Source of the DNA: Mobula hypostoma
Taxonomy: Eukaryota
Assembly (NCBI RefSeq): GCF_963921235.1
Contig: NC_086109.1
Coordinates: 29,204,001-29,268,000, forward strand
Direction: 5' to 3'
Length of the DNA stretch: 64,000 bases
Numbering within the stretch: position 1 is the stretch's first letter; each line of letters opens with the position of its first letter. Below, in pieces: positions 13,810 through 25,865 of this stretch. The position numbers were made by a program, and so were the translations under genes. Under the pieces are notes generated by a model. The model did no database searches, was not told the DNA's origin, and was given only the letters and a program-made list of their open reading frames with translations.

Positions 13810-14222
13810 TTTATGAGGAATGATTGAACAGTCTATATTCTCTGTGGCTTAGAAGAATGATAGGGGATCTCAATAACTGAACATTCTGAGAGGTATTTAC
13901 AGAATAAACATTGACAGGATATTTCTTTTCCAGGAAAAATTCGGAAACAGGGTCAAAGTTTCAGGATAAAGACTTTGCCACTTAGGACTGAGATAAGAAG
14001 GAATCTCTTCTCCTGAAGCATTGTGGATCCATGCCAGAAATTTATAGATATTCTTCTCACAGTATTACAGTCAGCGATAGACTGTTCTTTCTTAAACAGT
14101 ACAAGAATAAGAGCAATACCAATCAGGTCGGAAAATAGGGTGAAATACATGATCTTATTATGTGATGCAGCATGCTTCAAGGGGTATAATGGCCAATTCT
14201 TGATCCTTTGTCTTATGTTCTG
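13810..14222 (+). mobile_element. CR1 LINE 3' relic
   Basis: ttagaagaatgataggggatctc; 3' end cctttgtcttatgttc. Confidence 0.65.
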
Positions 14223-15454
14223 TTAACTACAAATTGAAACTAAGTCAAAATTCCACTCCGTAGTTTCAGTTTCTTTAATATTTAGATCCACCCCTTCCCA
14301 GAATCAAAAAACACTTCACAAATATTGACTTAAACGGAAGGTTGTAATGTAATCCAGTTAACCAAAGGTCAAGGAACTGATTAAAAAAAATCCACATCCT
14401 CATTGTTAAATGTTAGATTAGTTATTTATTATCTCCTTCTTCTTTAACTTTAATTTTACCTCTTATCTTGATGATTCATTCTTTAGATCAGTTCCATAGA
14501 TGGCAGCAATGGCATGCTAAGGTAGCCTTCTTTCAGTAATTTGCAGTAATTTTCCAGCGGCAATCAGAAACAAGGAAATTAAGTGCTTTCTACAGCTTCT
14601 CCCCACCCCCAACCAAACTACACCCCCAGAGTTCAGGTGTGGTATTCAAATTTAAAACACCCAACAACAACTGGTTAACTTAGCTCAGTACCAAGGAGAC
14701 TGCAGACACGGGAGTCTTGAGCGGCATACAATCTGCTGGAGGAATTCAGTGGGTCGAGCAGCATCTGTGGGAATGGGGAGGGGAGGAATTGTTAGCATTT
14801 TGGGTTGAAAACCTGTATCAGAGTGCCAAGGACCTTTTTGTTATGTGTTGCTGGGTGGCACACCAGAAATCTACAAAGGACCTGCATTGTGTTTTCAGTC
14901 ATTCCAGAATGAATCATTTCTGCAAAATCTTATGGGAAAACTCAAAACAGAATGAACGCATTCAATCCAATTTGTGTAGTATTTTACAAGATTAATGGAA
15001 TGATTGAGGCATTGATTGTCATAGAACTTGGATTACCAAGGCCGGTGTCCAACAACTGTGTCTTTGCATTTAAGCATGCAAGTGGACACAGATTTATACT
15101 TACCTAATCACTTTCAATTTAAACATTGTAAGTTTTTTAAAAATAGAACAAAAGTCTTAAAATTTTTTGAGGGCAAAAATAAATAGTACATTGCATGCTG
15201 ATGGGTGCTGATGGATTTAATTCATTACGAAGTTTAAAGAACACCCTGAAAGATCTACTTACGTTTAGGATAAAATTGTATTATTAGTTCTCTTTGAATG
15301 TCAACTCTTTTTGCCTCTGAGTTGGTAATAGTGAAAAGTATTTTAAAATCATTTGAAAGTATTTATCCAATTATATTTACCATCACATTTACTGAAGCAC
15401 AGCATGGATTTTGCCCACCCGAAGGATTCATGGACATGACCTCCAGCACATGCC

Positions 15455-16035
15455 AGCTCCAGGAGAAATGCACTGAGAAGTGTATGGTCTTGCACTTTGG
15501 TAGAAGAAACAGAAGCGTCGACTATTTCCAACAAGAAAGTCTGCAGACCCTGAGGGTCCGAGCGGCACGTGCTGGAGGAACTCAGCAGGCCAGGCAGCAT
15601 CTAGGAAAAGAGTACAGTTGGTATTTCGGGCCGAGTTCCTGCTGAGTTCCTCCAGCATTTTGTGCGTGCTGCTTGGATTTCCAGCATCTGCCAATTTTCT
15701 CTTCTTTGTGATTGGGTTTCAGCCCGAAACACAGAATATGATCTTTTCCTTGATGCTGCCTGGCCTCCAGCATTTTGTGTGTGTAGTGTAGACTATTTTC
15801 TACTTGCAGAAAGGATTCGGGAATCTAGAGTGCAGGGGGACTTGGGAGTCTAGGTTGCGGGTTCAGCTGGTGGTGGGGTGGACAGGTGCAGTGTTGGTGT
15901 TCGTTTCAAGAGGACTAGAATATAAAAGAGACTCCTGGATGAATACATGGAGTTTAGAAAAATAGAGGGCTATGGGTAAGCCTGGGTAGTTCTAAGGTAA
16001 GCACATATTCGGCGCAGCTTTGTGCTGTTGGTTTT
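15455..16035 (+). mobile_element. CR1 LINE 3' fragment with Penelope pLTR insert (15530-15784)
   Basis: KCMVLHFGRRN; (ttctatgt) tail; degenerate TSD agcgtcgactatttcc / agtgtagactattttc at 15514-15529 and 15785-15800. Confidence 0.75.
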
Positions 16036-16699
16036 CTATGTTTTCTATGTTTCTATAAATATCACATGGCCTTCATTTACCTCAGGAGAGATTGCTGTCA
16101 TTTTTTAAAATCTTTTTCACAGCAGTGCTGCACCTGACCAGCAAGATTGTTTCTGCAGTGAACGCAATCCATGGGTTAAATGTGAAACTAACCAATATTA
16201 CTTCCTCTACAGAACCAAGGGTATACAGCCTCGGTCATCAGCTTGCAGTATGCAGAGCATGCTGAGATAAGAGTATGTTCACAGACTAAGTTCCAATTTA
16301 CAGTCAACATACAAAAGCATACAAGAGGATTGATCTTGAACTAAACATGATAAGATCTTGTAAACTATGGGCCATTATGCATATTTTAGGATCTCTCTCT
16401 CAAGGAAGGCAGACAATAATGATCAAATTCACCATTATTTTCAATGCATTGGCACAGTTTTTAATCAAAGAAAAAAGTGTCTGCAGATAAAGATCTCAAT
16501 CTGGGCACAAAAGTCATTGACTTCCAGGCATCAGTGCCCTTGTCCTTCTACATGCATGGACTACAGTAGAAAACACCTCAAAACATTGGAATGGTACCAC
16601 CAATCTATCTCCACAGATACTGATTGCATTGGCAGTATAATCTAGCCAACATCAATGTTATCTCCAACCAAAGCAATAATGCAATGATATCCAGGTTAT

Positions 16700-17210
16700 T
16701 CGGGCTTCTGCCCCCTTCCTCTCCAGTTCGGATGAAAAATCTCAGCCTGAAACATCAACTGTTGATTCTCATCCATTGATGTTGCCTGAATTGCTGATGG
16801 ATGCCAGCTCAGAAAGGTGACATCCACTATTAAGGACCCCCATCAACCAGGACATGCTCTCTTGTTATTAATACCATGAGGGAGGAGGTAGAGGAGCAAG
16901 AAGACACATACTCAACATTTTAGAAGCATCTTCTACCCCTCCACCATCAGATTTCTGAATGGACAATGAACCAATCTATGAACACAACATCACTAACCTT
17001 GCTCTCTTTTTGCAGTACTTATTGCATTCATTTTTATATATTTTATTGAAATTTATAGTATTTTATGCATTGCACTGCAATGTCTGCTGCAAAGCACCAA
17101 ATTTCATGACATATGTTGGTAATGTTAAACCTGATTCTGATTGCTGCGGTCCTCCAGTTTTTTGTGTGTTTTTCACAAGAGTTTCAGCGTCTGCAGAATC
17201 TCTTGTGTGA
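16700..17210 (+). mobile_element. Penelope pLTR interrupted by a Rex1-type LINE (~16797-17139)
   Basis: Degenerate hammerhead at 16724-16761; attgctg duplicated at both Rex ends; (GATTCT) tail. Confidence 0.7.
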
Positions 17211-17229
17211 GCCATTAGTTATATTTTTT

Positions 17230-17620
17230 AGGCTTTGATGGTCAGACCACGTCATTCACATGACCAACGGCTGACCCCTGAAACAGGCCCTGTATTCCAA
17301 GCTCCAGGATTAACAGAATGATAAAGTAAATGTTTCAAAGATGTTTTCAAAGCCTCCTTGAAGAAGTATAATATCCCCAGAGATGCTTGGGAATCTTTGG
17401 CCAATGATCATTCAAAATCAAAAAGATTCACTAAAGAAGCATGTCCATTCATTCGGAGCACACAAGGGCCCAGTATAAACTACAGAAGGAAAATGGCACC
17501 TCTCAAAAAATTCACCTCCCCATCCAGTTGGCCCATCTCCTACCCCACCTGTGATAGAGTCTGTGTTTCCTCTACTGGCCTCATTAGCCACCCGAGAGCC
17601 GTCAGACCTTGGGTGGAAAG
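17230..17620 (+). mobile_element. RTE-clade LINE 3' relic
   Basis: LKKYNIPRDAWESLANDHSK and terminal PTCDRVC..TGLISH zinc-finger remnant. Confidence 0.7.
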
Positions 17621-17714
17621 ACATGAGTTATATCCCAAGGTAAAAATGAGAGCACTGTGGTGTTCAGAACTCTGTCATGTCAAATCATTTTGCCCAAGGA
17701 TTAATTGGCGAGAG

Positions 17715-18050
17715 TAAGAATTAGAATTAGAATCAGGTTTATTATCACCAGCATATGTGGTGAAATTTGTTAACTTAGTGGCAGCAGTACAATACATTAT
17801 AATATAGAGAAAAAAAATAAGTGAATCAATTACAGTAAATATTTCCATTAATTTTAAATAGATTAAAATAGTGCTCACAAAAATAATATTAAAAAGTGAT
17901 GTCCTGTTCATGGGTTCAATTTCCACTTGGGAATTGGATGGCAGAGGGGAAGAAGCCATTTCTGAAATGCTGAGTGTACGCCTTCAGCTTTCTGTACCTC
18001 CTTTCTGATGGTAACAATAAGAAGGCATGTCCTGGATGATGGAGGTCGTT
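17715..18050 (-). mobile_element. Rex1/Babar-type LINE 3' fragment
   Basis: agaatcaggtttattatcacc tail plus 3' ORF remnant. Confidence 0.8.
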
Positions 18051-18074
18051 AATCCCCATCACCCAGGGGAGAAC

Positions 18075-18434
18075 CATCAGTCCAGCTATTCACCTCTGAC
18101 CTCTCTCACATCCACAGACCTGCTGCTCCCTAGATGTTTCTTTTTTTTTGCACCATTCTCTGTAAACTCTAGAAACTGTTGCGTGAAAATCCCAGGAGAT
18201 CAGCAGTTCCTGAGATACTCAAACCACCCCATCTAGCACCGACAATTTCTCCATTGTCAAAATCACTTGGGCCACATTTCTTTGTATTTTTAGTGATTGA
18301 TTTGAACTACAACTGAACTGCTTGATGATGCCTCTTTTATGCATTGAGTTGCTGCTACAAATTTGGCTGATTAGTTATTTGCATTAACGAGCAGGTGTAT
18401 AGGTGTACCTAATAAAGTGGCCACTGAGTGTATA
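18075..18434. mobile_element. Tc1/mariner-derived MITE, one end
   Basis: TIR gtacctaataaagtggccactgagtg followed by TA; homologous to 27187-27672 and 49378-50387. Confidence 0.75.
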
Positions 18435-18999
18435 CTTTCTTTGTCCAAGGATAAAGTTGCATTAGTTGTGTAATATGTCTGGAAAAGTGAAACCCAGAAA
18501 TAAAATTTATACCTTACTGACTCAAATCAATTTGTTCAGCTGGTCTACAATTTGCATTGATCACCTCGGAGTTTTTGCTCAAATCTAACAATGGAGTGCC
18601 TGCAATTTACCATTTAATTGTGTATGTTTGATTTGAAACAGCTGTGATTCTGAATAAAGCAGAAGTGTTACTGCTAACAGATCTGAAAATGTTTTCATCT
18701 GTGCAAAGCCCAGGAGAACACAGTCATCATCATTAGTTACTGGAGGGGCTCCTGCAACAGAAGGATGTTGCCTGCGATAGTGTGTGAGAAATGACCTGAG
18801 CTTTGAAAGCACACCTCATTAATATTCAGTCTCACTGTTACATGTAATTAGGCCTGTATGCTGAATTCCACATGTTGGAACACTTCAGCTTCTGCAGTGC
18901 ACCTATTATCACTTCAAGAGAGTTAAATTACCAATATTCTCAATAAACAATCAAAGTTTCAGACTTTATATTCAATTGCCTAGAAATTCATTTCCAACT

Positions 19000-19441
19000 G
19001 CATGTCTTATGAGGATTGGTTCAGCAAGCTGAGGCTTTTTTCTTTGGAGTAAAGAAGGATGAGAGGTGACTTGATAGAGATGTACTAGATGATAGGAGGA
19101 TAGTTCAAGTGGAGAGCCAGTGAATATTTCTCAGGGAAGAAATGGCTAATACAAGGGAGTATGATATTAAACTGGTTTGTGAGGAGTATTGGGTGGATGT
19201 CAAAGGTAAGTTTTATTTTTTTTACGCAGAGAGTGATGTGTGCATGGTATTTCCTCAGGCGGTGGTAGTAGAGACAGCTACATTAGGGGCATTTAAGAAG
19301 CTCTCAGATAGGCATAGATGAATGATAGAAAATGTGGGTTTATGTAGGATGGAAAGATTGGATTGATCTTAGAGTAGTTTAAAGGGTCAGCACAACATCA
19401 TGGGCTGAATGGCTTGTACTATGCTGTAATGGTCTACGTTC
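19000..19441 (+). mobile_element. CR1 LINE 3' fragment
   Basis: aggatgagaggtgacttgataga (RMRGDLI); gggctgaatggcttgtactatgctg 3' end. Confidence 0.8.
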
Positions 19442-20339
19442 CAGTCGCAGCACTAAACCTGCAATATAGTTACATCAGTTCAGTGTATAGTCTCCAAAAC
19501 TCATTCTATTGGCTTTATTGACAACGTTATTTATTTTGTCGGTGTTGCGAAACAGAAGCGAATTTCCAAGTTAGTTTCTTCTCATAAACTCATGGAAATT
19601 AAGAGCTAACATCAGGAAAACTCGCCATGAAGGAGTCAGGTGGTCACAAAGTGATTTTGTTAGCGAAGACCTGTGTGTGATTCTGTTTCCCCCCCGTTAA
19701 CCAATACTTGGTTGTATTACGTGGCAACTAGGGATGTGATGCTTTGCCAACAATGCCAACATCCTGAAAATAAATTTGTCAAATAAATCCCATCCAGATG
19801 TGATAGACAGTAAATTGAGCTCTTCTGGAGGAAATGTATTTGCAATTTAGTTTAGAATAAACGTACATCTTTATTTGTCTTTATTTGGCAAGGTCCTCCT
19901 ACTGTGCTGAAGGCATCCATACATATCCAGTAATATAGACAATCAGCCTGAAACTTTAACTCTCGGTACATTTTTCTCTTTCTCGAGTTGCTGCTTTATC
20001 TGCTAAGTATTTTTATTTTAGATTTCTAGAATCTTCAGCATTTTGCTTTGGAATTCACTTGTTGAATAATTTACAAATGTTGCCTTACTTAGAGATAACC
20101 CTGTTCACTGACTGTATTTTATTTTTGTCAATTTAATTCATTTTAATCCCCTATCAGTGTTTGGTCACACCAAAACAGACCCAATGGGCTGAATGGTCTA
20201 GTTCTGTTCCTATGTCTTTTGGCCAAACATAAGGACACTGAGATAAAGACGCCGGTTAAAAAAATGATGAGTACTGGTAAAGATAGTTATTGCTGTAATT
20301 AAAATGATAAAGAAAACAGCAGATATTGGAAAGATAATC

Positions 20340-20645
20340 ATAAATAGATACAGCATAGCAACAGGTCACCTGCCACTATCAACCATCCAATTACATTAAT
20401 CCTTCATTTAACTCATTTACACCTTCCCCACGTTCTCACCAAATCTCCCCAATACTACCACTCATCTACATGCTAGGGGTGACGTACAGTGGCAACTAGC
20501 CTGTAAAACCCCTGAGTCCATGAGATCTAGGAGAAATCCGTAGAAAACATGAGATCACAGGGAAAATGCGAAAACTCTGTGGAGACAACACTCAAGGTCA
20601 GGATTGAACCCTGATCTTTGGTGCTATCAGGCAGTGGCTCTCCTC
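20340..20645 (-). mobile_element. decayed tRNA-derived V-SINE-like element
   Basis: Reverse B box ggattgaaccc; V-domain remnant cacagggaaaatgcgaaaactc. Confidence 0.55.
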
Positions 20646-20945
20646 CAGCGCTTCAAAATATTTATTGCATAAGGCTTCCCCCTTCCAAGCCTCACCTCTA
20701 AGTCCAACAGAACTGGAATGCTTTTACTCTTTGAAGGAGGCGCTGAATTCTCTGTGTTCTACCAATCTGTGACCAAGGAAGTATGCCTCTGAAGGCTAAG
20801 GTCAAGGCCCAGAATCTGACCCACCCAGTGACAGTGTTGATAATCTGTTGTCATGAAACTGTAAACTAGCATTTCTGACTACCATGTTATTCTTTATATA
20901 GTTCCCTTTCACCCTATTTTAATAATTACCAGTGCAAATCCCATG

Positions 20946-21082
20946 CAAAACACACAAAATGCTGGAGGGACTCAGCAGGTCAGGCTGCACCTATGAAGAA
21001 GAGTAAACAGTCAATGTTTTGGGCCAAAACCCTTCCTCAGGACTAGATCTCCAGCAGCTGAAGATTTTCTCAGGTTTGTGTT
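20946..21082. mobile_element. short Penelope pLTR insert with inverted end
   Basis: Degenerate hammerhead on - at 21008-21044; possible TSD caaatcccat / caaattccac. Confidence 0.7.
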
Positions 21083-21253
21083 CACAAATTCCACTATTGT
21101 TTTCAATAAGCTTTATTTCTCTTAATGTTCTACCTACAGTGTTCATCCAGAGTTCCTGTACTCGTTGGATAACAATGGCACCTGATTTTCAATCATCTCC
21201 ATTTTAGAACCCTCACAATTAAATTTCTGTAACTTCCTCCAGTCACAATTATA

Positions 21254-21843
21254 GTAGTAGGCAGCCGTCAATCCCAGGGGATTATGGGTTTGCACCTCTG
21301 GTGGACTGTGTCCTCTCCAGGGCGCAAGCCTGAGCAGGAAGATTTGAAGAACCGGCTGATGCCCATGCAGTGGGTCCCCCCTCTCCACATCACTGAAGGA
21401 AAAGCGCCATTTCAGTTTGGTACCAGTGTCGTCACAGAGGTTGCCCGAGTGAAGCTGTAAACAACATCAAACTGCCTTAGGGACCCAGCTCCGCATTTCT
21501 TCCTCGGGGTTTACTCCTGAAGCCTTTCAGGTGGATATGACCGCATGACCGCAAGGCAGCGGAGGTTTAAAATCAGAGATTTCCTTCTCCGAGGCGGGCT
21601 GCCACCAAGGCTGACGAGCCCCACCTACCCGAAGCAACTGGTTTGAGGTGCCAGTGGTCCACCTTTACCCTTCTCTTGTCAATAGAAACAGTTCCGCTGG
21701 ACCTAGTAGCTAAACCACACGTGAAGGCCAAGAGTTGTACTTGGTTGTCAGAAGTTGTTCGAGTCACACGCCACTTGGAGCACTTTATGGGTAGTGGGAG
21801 CTTATCCCCACTACCACCCCCAGCTATGACAACCTAGAAACCT
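21254..21843. mobile_element. GC-richer non-coding insertion with 12-bp TSD, possibly RTE-derived
   Basis: gtcacaattata (21242-21253) / gtcataattata (21844-21855); (TAG)n at left end; CpGs retained. Confidence 0.7.
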
Positions 21844-22527
21844 GTCATAATTATACATTCCCTAATTGTAGCTCCTTGTGAACTTTTCTCCACATTAAAT
21901 GGCATTCAAGTGATCATTGATTCCAAGATAAAGACAATAATTAACAGTATGCATATCTGATGTCATTAGTAATAATAATGATTATGATAAAATGGGGATA
22001 TCAGATTTGGAATCTTTCTGTTTGGTATCTGCTCCTGAGTGTTATTGGTGATCTCTGCAATAATGCACGCCTATGTGAAAGTATTTGGTTAACAGCGGAA
22101 CGCGCTAATCGCTTGCACCTCAGAGACAACCTAAATATGTGTGGATGGGACTCCTCTCAATGATAATGTTCTGTGCAACAACCAAATTACACTCACTGTA
22201 TTAGCTGTTGTACAGAAAATAATATGGATGACTTTCGCAGAAAGTGATATTTTTATTAATCTTCAAAAGACAAAATGAAAGTAATGACCAGAACATCCTG
22301 AAATTTCTTAGCAGTTCAGGCAGTATCTGCAGAAAGGGAAAGAGAACTAATGTTTCAATTAATTATCCTTCATCAGATCGAAGGAATTGGTAATAATTAT
22401 GAAAAAGTTGGTGTCTATCTGATTTAGCTTAAAGGAGCTGTTAAAATAGAAAAAGGTGCTGAAAATAAAAGAAAATTGTAAATGATCTTCAGCTACACTT
22501 AATCATGCAAAAAAGGATACATTGCAG

Positions 22528-23040
22528 ACACAATAGAGACTACAGATGCTAGAAATTTAGGGCAACACAAAAATTCCTGGAGAAACTCAGGGAGTTAGCA
22601 GCACCTATGGCAAGAAGTTGATAGCAGACATTTTGGATAGAAATTCATCAGGACTAGAAAGAAAATGGGGAGATAGCCAATATAAGAAGATGGGAGGATG
22701 GGGAAAAGCAAGAGCTGGTGGATCCAGGTGAGATGGGGTTGATGGGTAGGTGAAATGGAACTAAGAGGTGATAGACAGATGTGGCAAAGGGCAGAAGAAG
22801 GTAGGAGAGGGCAGTGTAAAAATGGAATAAAAGGAAGGAGGTTAGGAGGGGTGCCAGGAAAAGGAGTGATGAGCAGATCAAGAGGGTGCAGGTAGGGGAA
22901 AGAGAGTGAGGGAAAACAAAGGGGGACAGAGATAGATGTTACTGGAAGTTGGAGAACCCTTGTCATCAGACTGGAGACTACCAAGACAGAATATGAAGTG
23001 CTATTCCTCCAATCTGTGTCTAGCCACCACTTGTATTCCA
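22528..23040 (-). mobile_element. Penelope-like element 3' end (GIY-YIG C-terminus and pLTR)
   Basis: Minus-strand RLEE*HFIFCLGSLQSD; pyrimidine-rich UTR; CTGATGA core at ~22645. Confidence 0.75.
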
Positions 23041-23839
23041 AAATAGTACAGCAATTTGTCTGGGAGCCCTACTGAATGGAAAATATTGGTTGTGCTGGCA
23101 TAGGCTGACCAACTCTCATATTTCCATCTCCTGGATTTCTAAGCACCTTCCTTGCACAGCTATTGAGGTAATTCCTCAGTCAAACCATTGCACAGGATGG
23201 AATTCAGCTAATGTTTGACTGGAGAGGCAGTCATTACATTTTCTCTAACCCATCAGCTCCAAAAACAGACAGTAGTCTCAACAAGGTGGTTTTCTAACAC
23301 TGCCAGTAAAATGAACATTGGGTTTCTGTGGAAAAGCCAATGTTCACTCACAGAGTAAACATTATCTAAGAAAGGAAGAGAACTGAATCAATGCCTGTTG
23401 GCTAGAAAATCTAAATAAATAAGACACATCATGCACAACCCAATTTAGTGAAGTGCAGATTTGAAATTCAGCTTTGGATTTGAATACATGTTTGAAGGCA
23501 CTCTGGAAGAACGATCATGAAGAACAAAAGCTACAAATGTTAAATATTTAAAATACAGGGAGAAAAAATGCTCTTAAGATCCAGCAGAGCAGGAAAATGA
23601 AAACTAATGGTTCAGGTAAAGATGCTGGAAGAGAAATAAAAGTGGCCTCTGATTCCTGGCATATCTGACTCCTCTAAATAGACATCTAATTTTCTCCGTA
23701 TTTTGTTTTCAGAAGCCATCGCAGCCATAGGCAAAAAAATGTAACTTTGTGAATGCTGGAGAAACTTGCAGATTCTAAACACAAGCCCACACCAATTATT
23801 GAGGCAGGTACGCCCAGCTTATCTCCTGATTTACCCACT

Positions 23840-24055
23840 GAAGAAGAAGAAAGTCCTTAACTCTGAATGGAGTCACCGGGACGCCGTCATCACAGTACTT
23901 TTTTAGCAGGCTTTCTTATTTTTACGAGGCCGAGTTGCTAGCTCGACGCTCAACCCAGCACGAATGGAAAGCATGCAAGGGAGCCGGCTGGATTCGAACT
24001 TGAGAGCCTTCGTTCCGAAGTCCAGTGATGATGCCACTACGCCACTAGCCAGCCC
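23840..24055 (-). mobile_element. young tRNA-derived SINE with 10-bp TSD
   Basis: A box TGGCGTAGTGG, B box GTTCGAATCC, (CTT)n tail; tttacccact at 23830-23839 and 24056-24065. Confidence 0.85.
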
Positions 24056-24263
24056 TTTACCCACTACACCCCTGCAGTTTTTTCAAGTATGCGGCATTTC
24101 ATCTTCTTCTATGTGTAAATCATTGTTTTAACTCGAGTTTACACCTTTGCATAAAAATTGCTATCACAAATGTCAGCCAGTTCTCTCTTCTTATTACCAG
24201 TTATTACCTTCTTATTCTTATTACCAGTTTTCATGTTTTCCAAATGACCAATTCAAGTGAAGT

Positions 24264-24309
24264 TTTATGTGTGTTGCTTGAAATTCCAGCATCTGCAGAT
24301 TTCCTCGTG
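24264..24309 (+). mobile_element. ~46-bp terminal Penelope pLTR piece with 12-bp TSD
   Basis: ttcaagtgaagt (24252-24263) / ttcaagtaaagt (24310-24321). Confidence 0.65.
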
Positions 24310-24399
24310 TTCAAGTAAAGTCTAATCATTTCCTCACGCAAACAGGTACATGCTATTTAAGTTGTTCTAAAGTATTGAAATATTGTGCAGCAATTCCGC

Positions 24400-25520
24400 C
24401 ACAACTTGTCAAAAGCAGATACAATGGATACAGCCCATCCATAACAGAAAAAGCAGTCCCCGTCACTGAGCACATTTGCAAAGAGCACTGCACAAGAAAA
24501 CAGCATTCATTATTAAAGGCAGGTGGATGTACCGGAGTGAGGTAGATTGATTGGTTGAGAGAAGTTCTAACAATCTTGCACTCAACATCAGTAAAACCAA
24601 GGAATTGATTGTGGACCTCAAAACGGGGACATTGGGGGAATACACAGCAATTGTCACCGAGAGGTCAGCAGTGGGAAGGGTGAGCAGTTTCAAGTTCCTG
24701 GGTGTCAAAATCTCTGTACATCTGTCCTGGGCCCAACATATTGGTGCATTACAAAGAAAGTACATCAGCAGTTATAGTTCATTAGGAGTTTGAGGAGATT
24801 TGGTATGTCACCAAAGACTCTAGCAGATTTCCACAGATGTGCTGTGGAGAGCATTCTAACTGGTTGCATCACTGTCTGGTATGGCGGGGCCAGTGCATGG
24901 GATGGGAGATGCAGACTTAGCAGCCAGCTCCATCATGGTCACCTTACTCCCCAGCATTGAGAACATCTTCAAAAGGCAATGCTTCAAGAAGGCAGCATCC
25001 ATCATTAAGGACCCCCATCATCCAGGGCCTGCTTTCTTCTTATTACTACCAACAGAGAAGAGATACAGGAGCCTGAAGACACACACTCAGTGATTTAGAA
25101 ACAGCTTCATTCCCTTTGCCATCAGATTTCTAAACAGACAATGAGCCACCATCAGGCAGTAGTATAGATCCCACACCTCCAGGTTCAGGAACAGTTGTTA
25201 CGCTACAACAATCAGGCTACTGAGCCAGTATGGATAACTTGATACAACTTAACACGGAACTGACTCTACAACCTATAGATTCACGTTCAAGGACTCTACA
25301 ACTCGTGTACTCATTATTATTTATTTCCTTCTGATTTTTTAATATTTGCATGATTTGCCTTCTTTTGCACATTGTTTGTTTGTCAGTCGTTGTTTATGTA
25401 TGGTCTTCCAAGACTCTACTGTATTTCTTTTATTTTCCTGTAAATGTTTACAAAAATGAATCTCAAAGTAATATATGATAACATGTATGTACTTTGATAA
25501 TAAACTTTCTTCGACTTTGA
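24400..25520 (+). mobile_element. two nested or adjacent Rex1/Babar-type LINE fragments
   Basis: NNLALNISKTKELIVD, SSFKFLGV, SIIKDPHHPG; ctaccatcagg-like 3' motif occurs twice; actttgataataaa tail. Confidence 0.8.
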
Positions 25521-25713
25521 GCACCATTTGCTAGTAAACAATATTTCCCATTGGTGGAATATGCAAGAATTTACATGGCTCCTTACTGACGAGCTTATTC
25601 CATGGACCTGCTTTCTCCAGTATCTGGCAAATCAATACCAGAGGAATGAGCTTAAGGTGATAAGCAAAAGATAAGAAGAGGCAGCATAAACAAAAGGCAG
25701 TATGAATGATTAA

Positions 25714-25865
25714 AGCAATACACACAAAATGCTGGAGGAACTCAGCAGGCCAGGCAGCGTCCATGGAAAAAAGTACAGTCAACGTTTTGGGCTGAGACCC
25801 CTCAGCAGGACTCATTTTGTGTTTGTTGCTTGGAATTCCAGCATCTGTAGATTTCTTCTTGTTTG
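25714..25865. mobile_element. short Penelope pLTR insert with inverted end
   Basis: Degenerate hammerhead on - at 25776-25812; flanks tgaatgattaa / tgaatgaataa. Confidence 0.75.

Noticed and set aside
23713..23807. Plus-strand AG..GT exon candidate
   Set aside because: All three frames contain stops, and the acceptor tract appears to derive from a decayed repeat.
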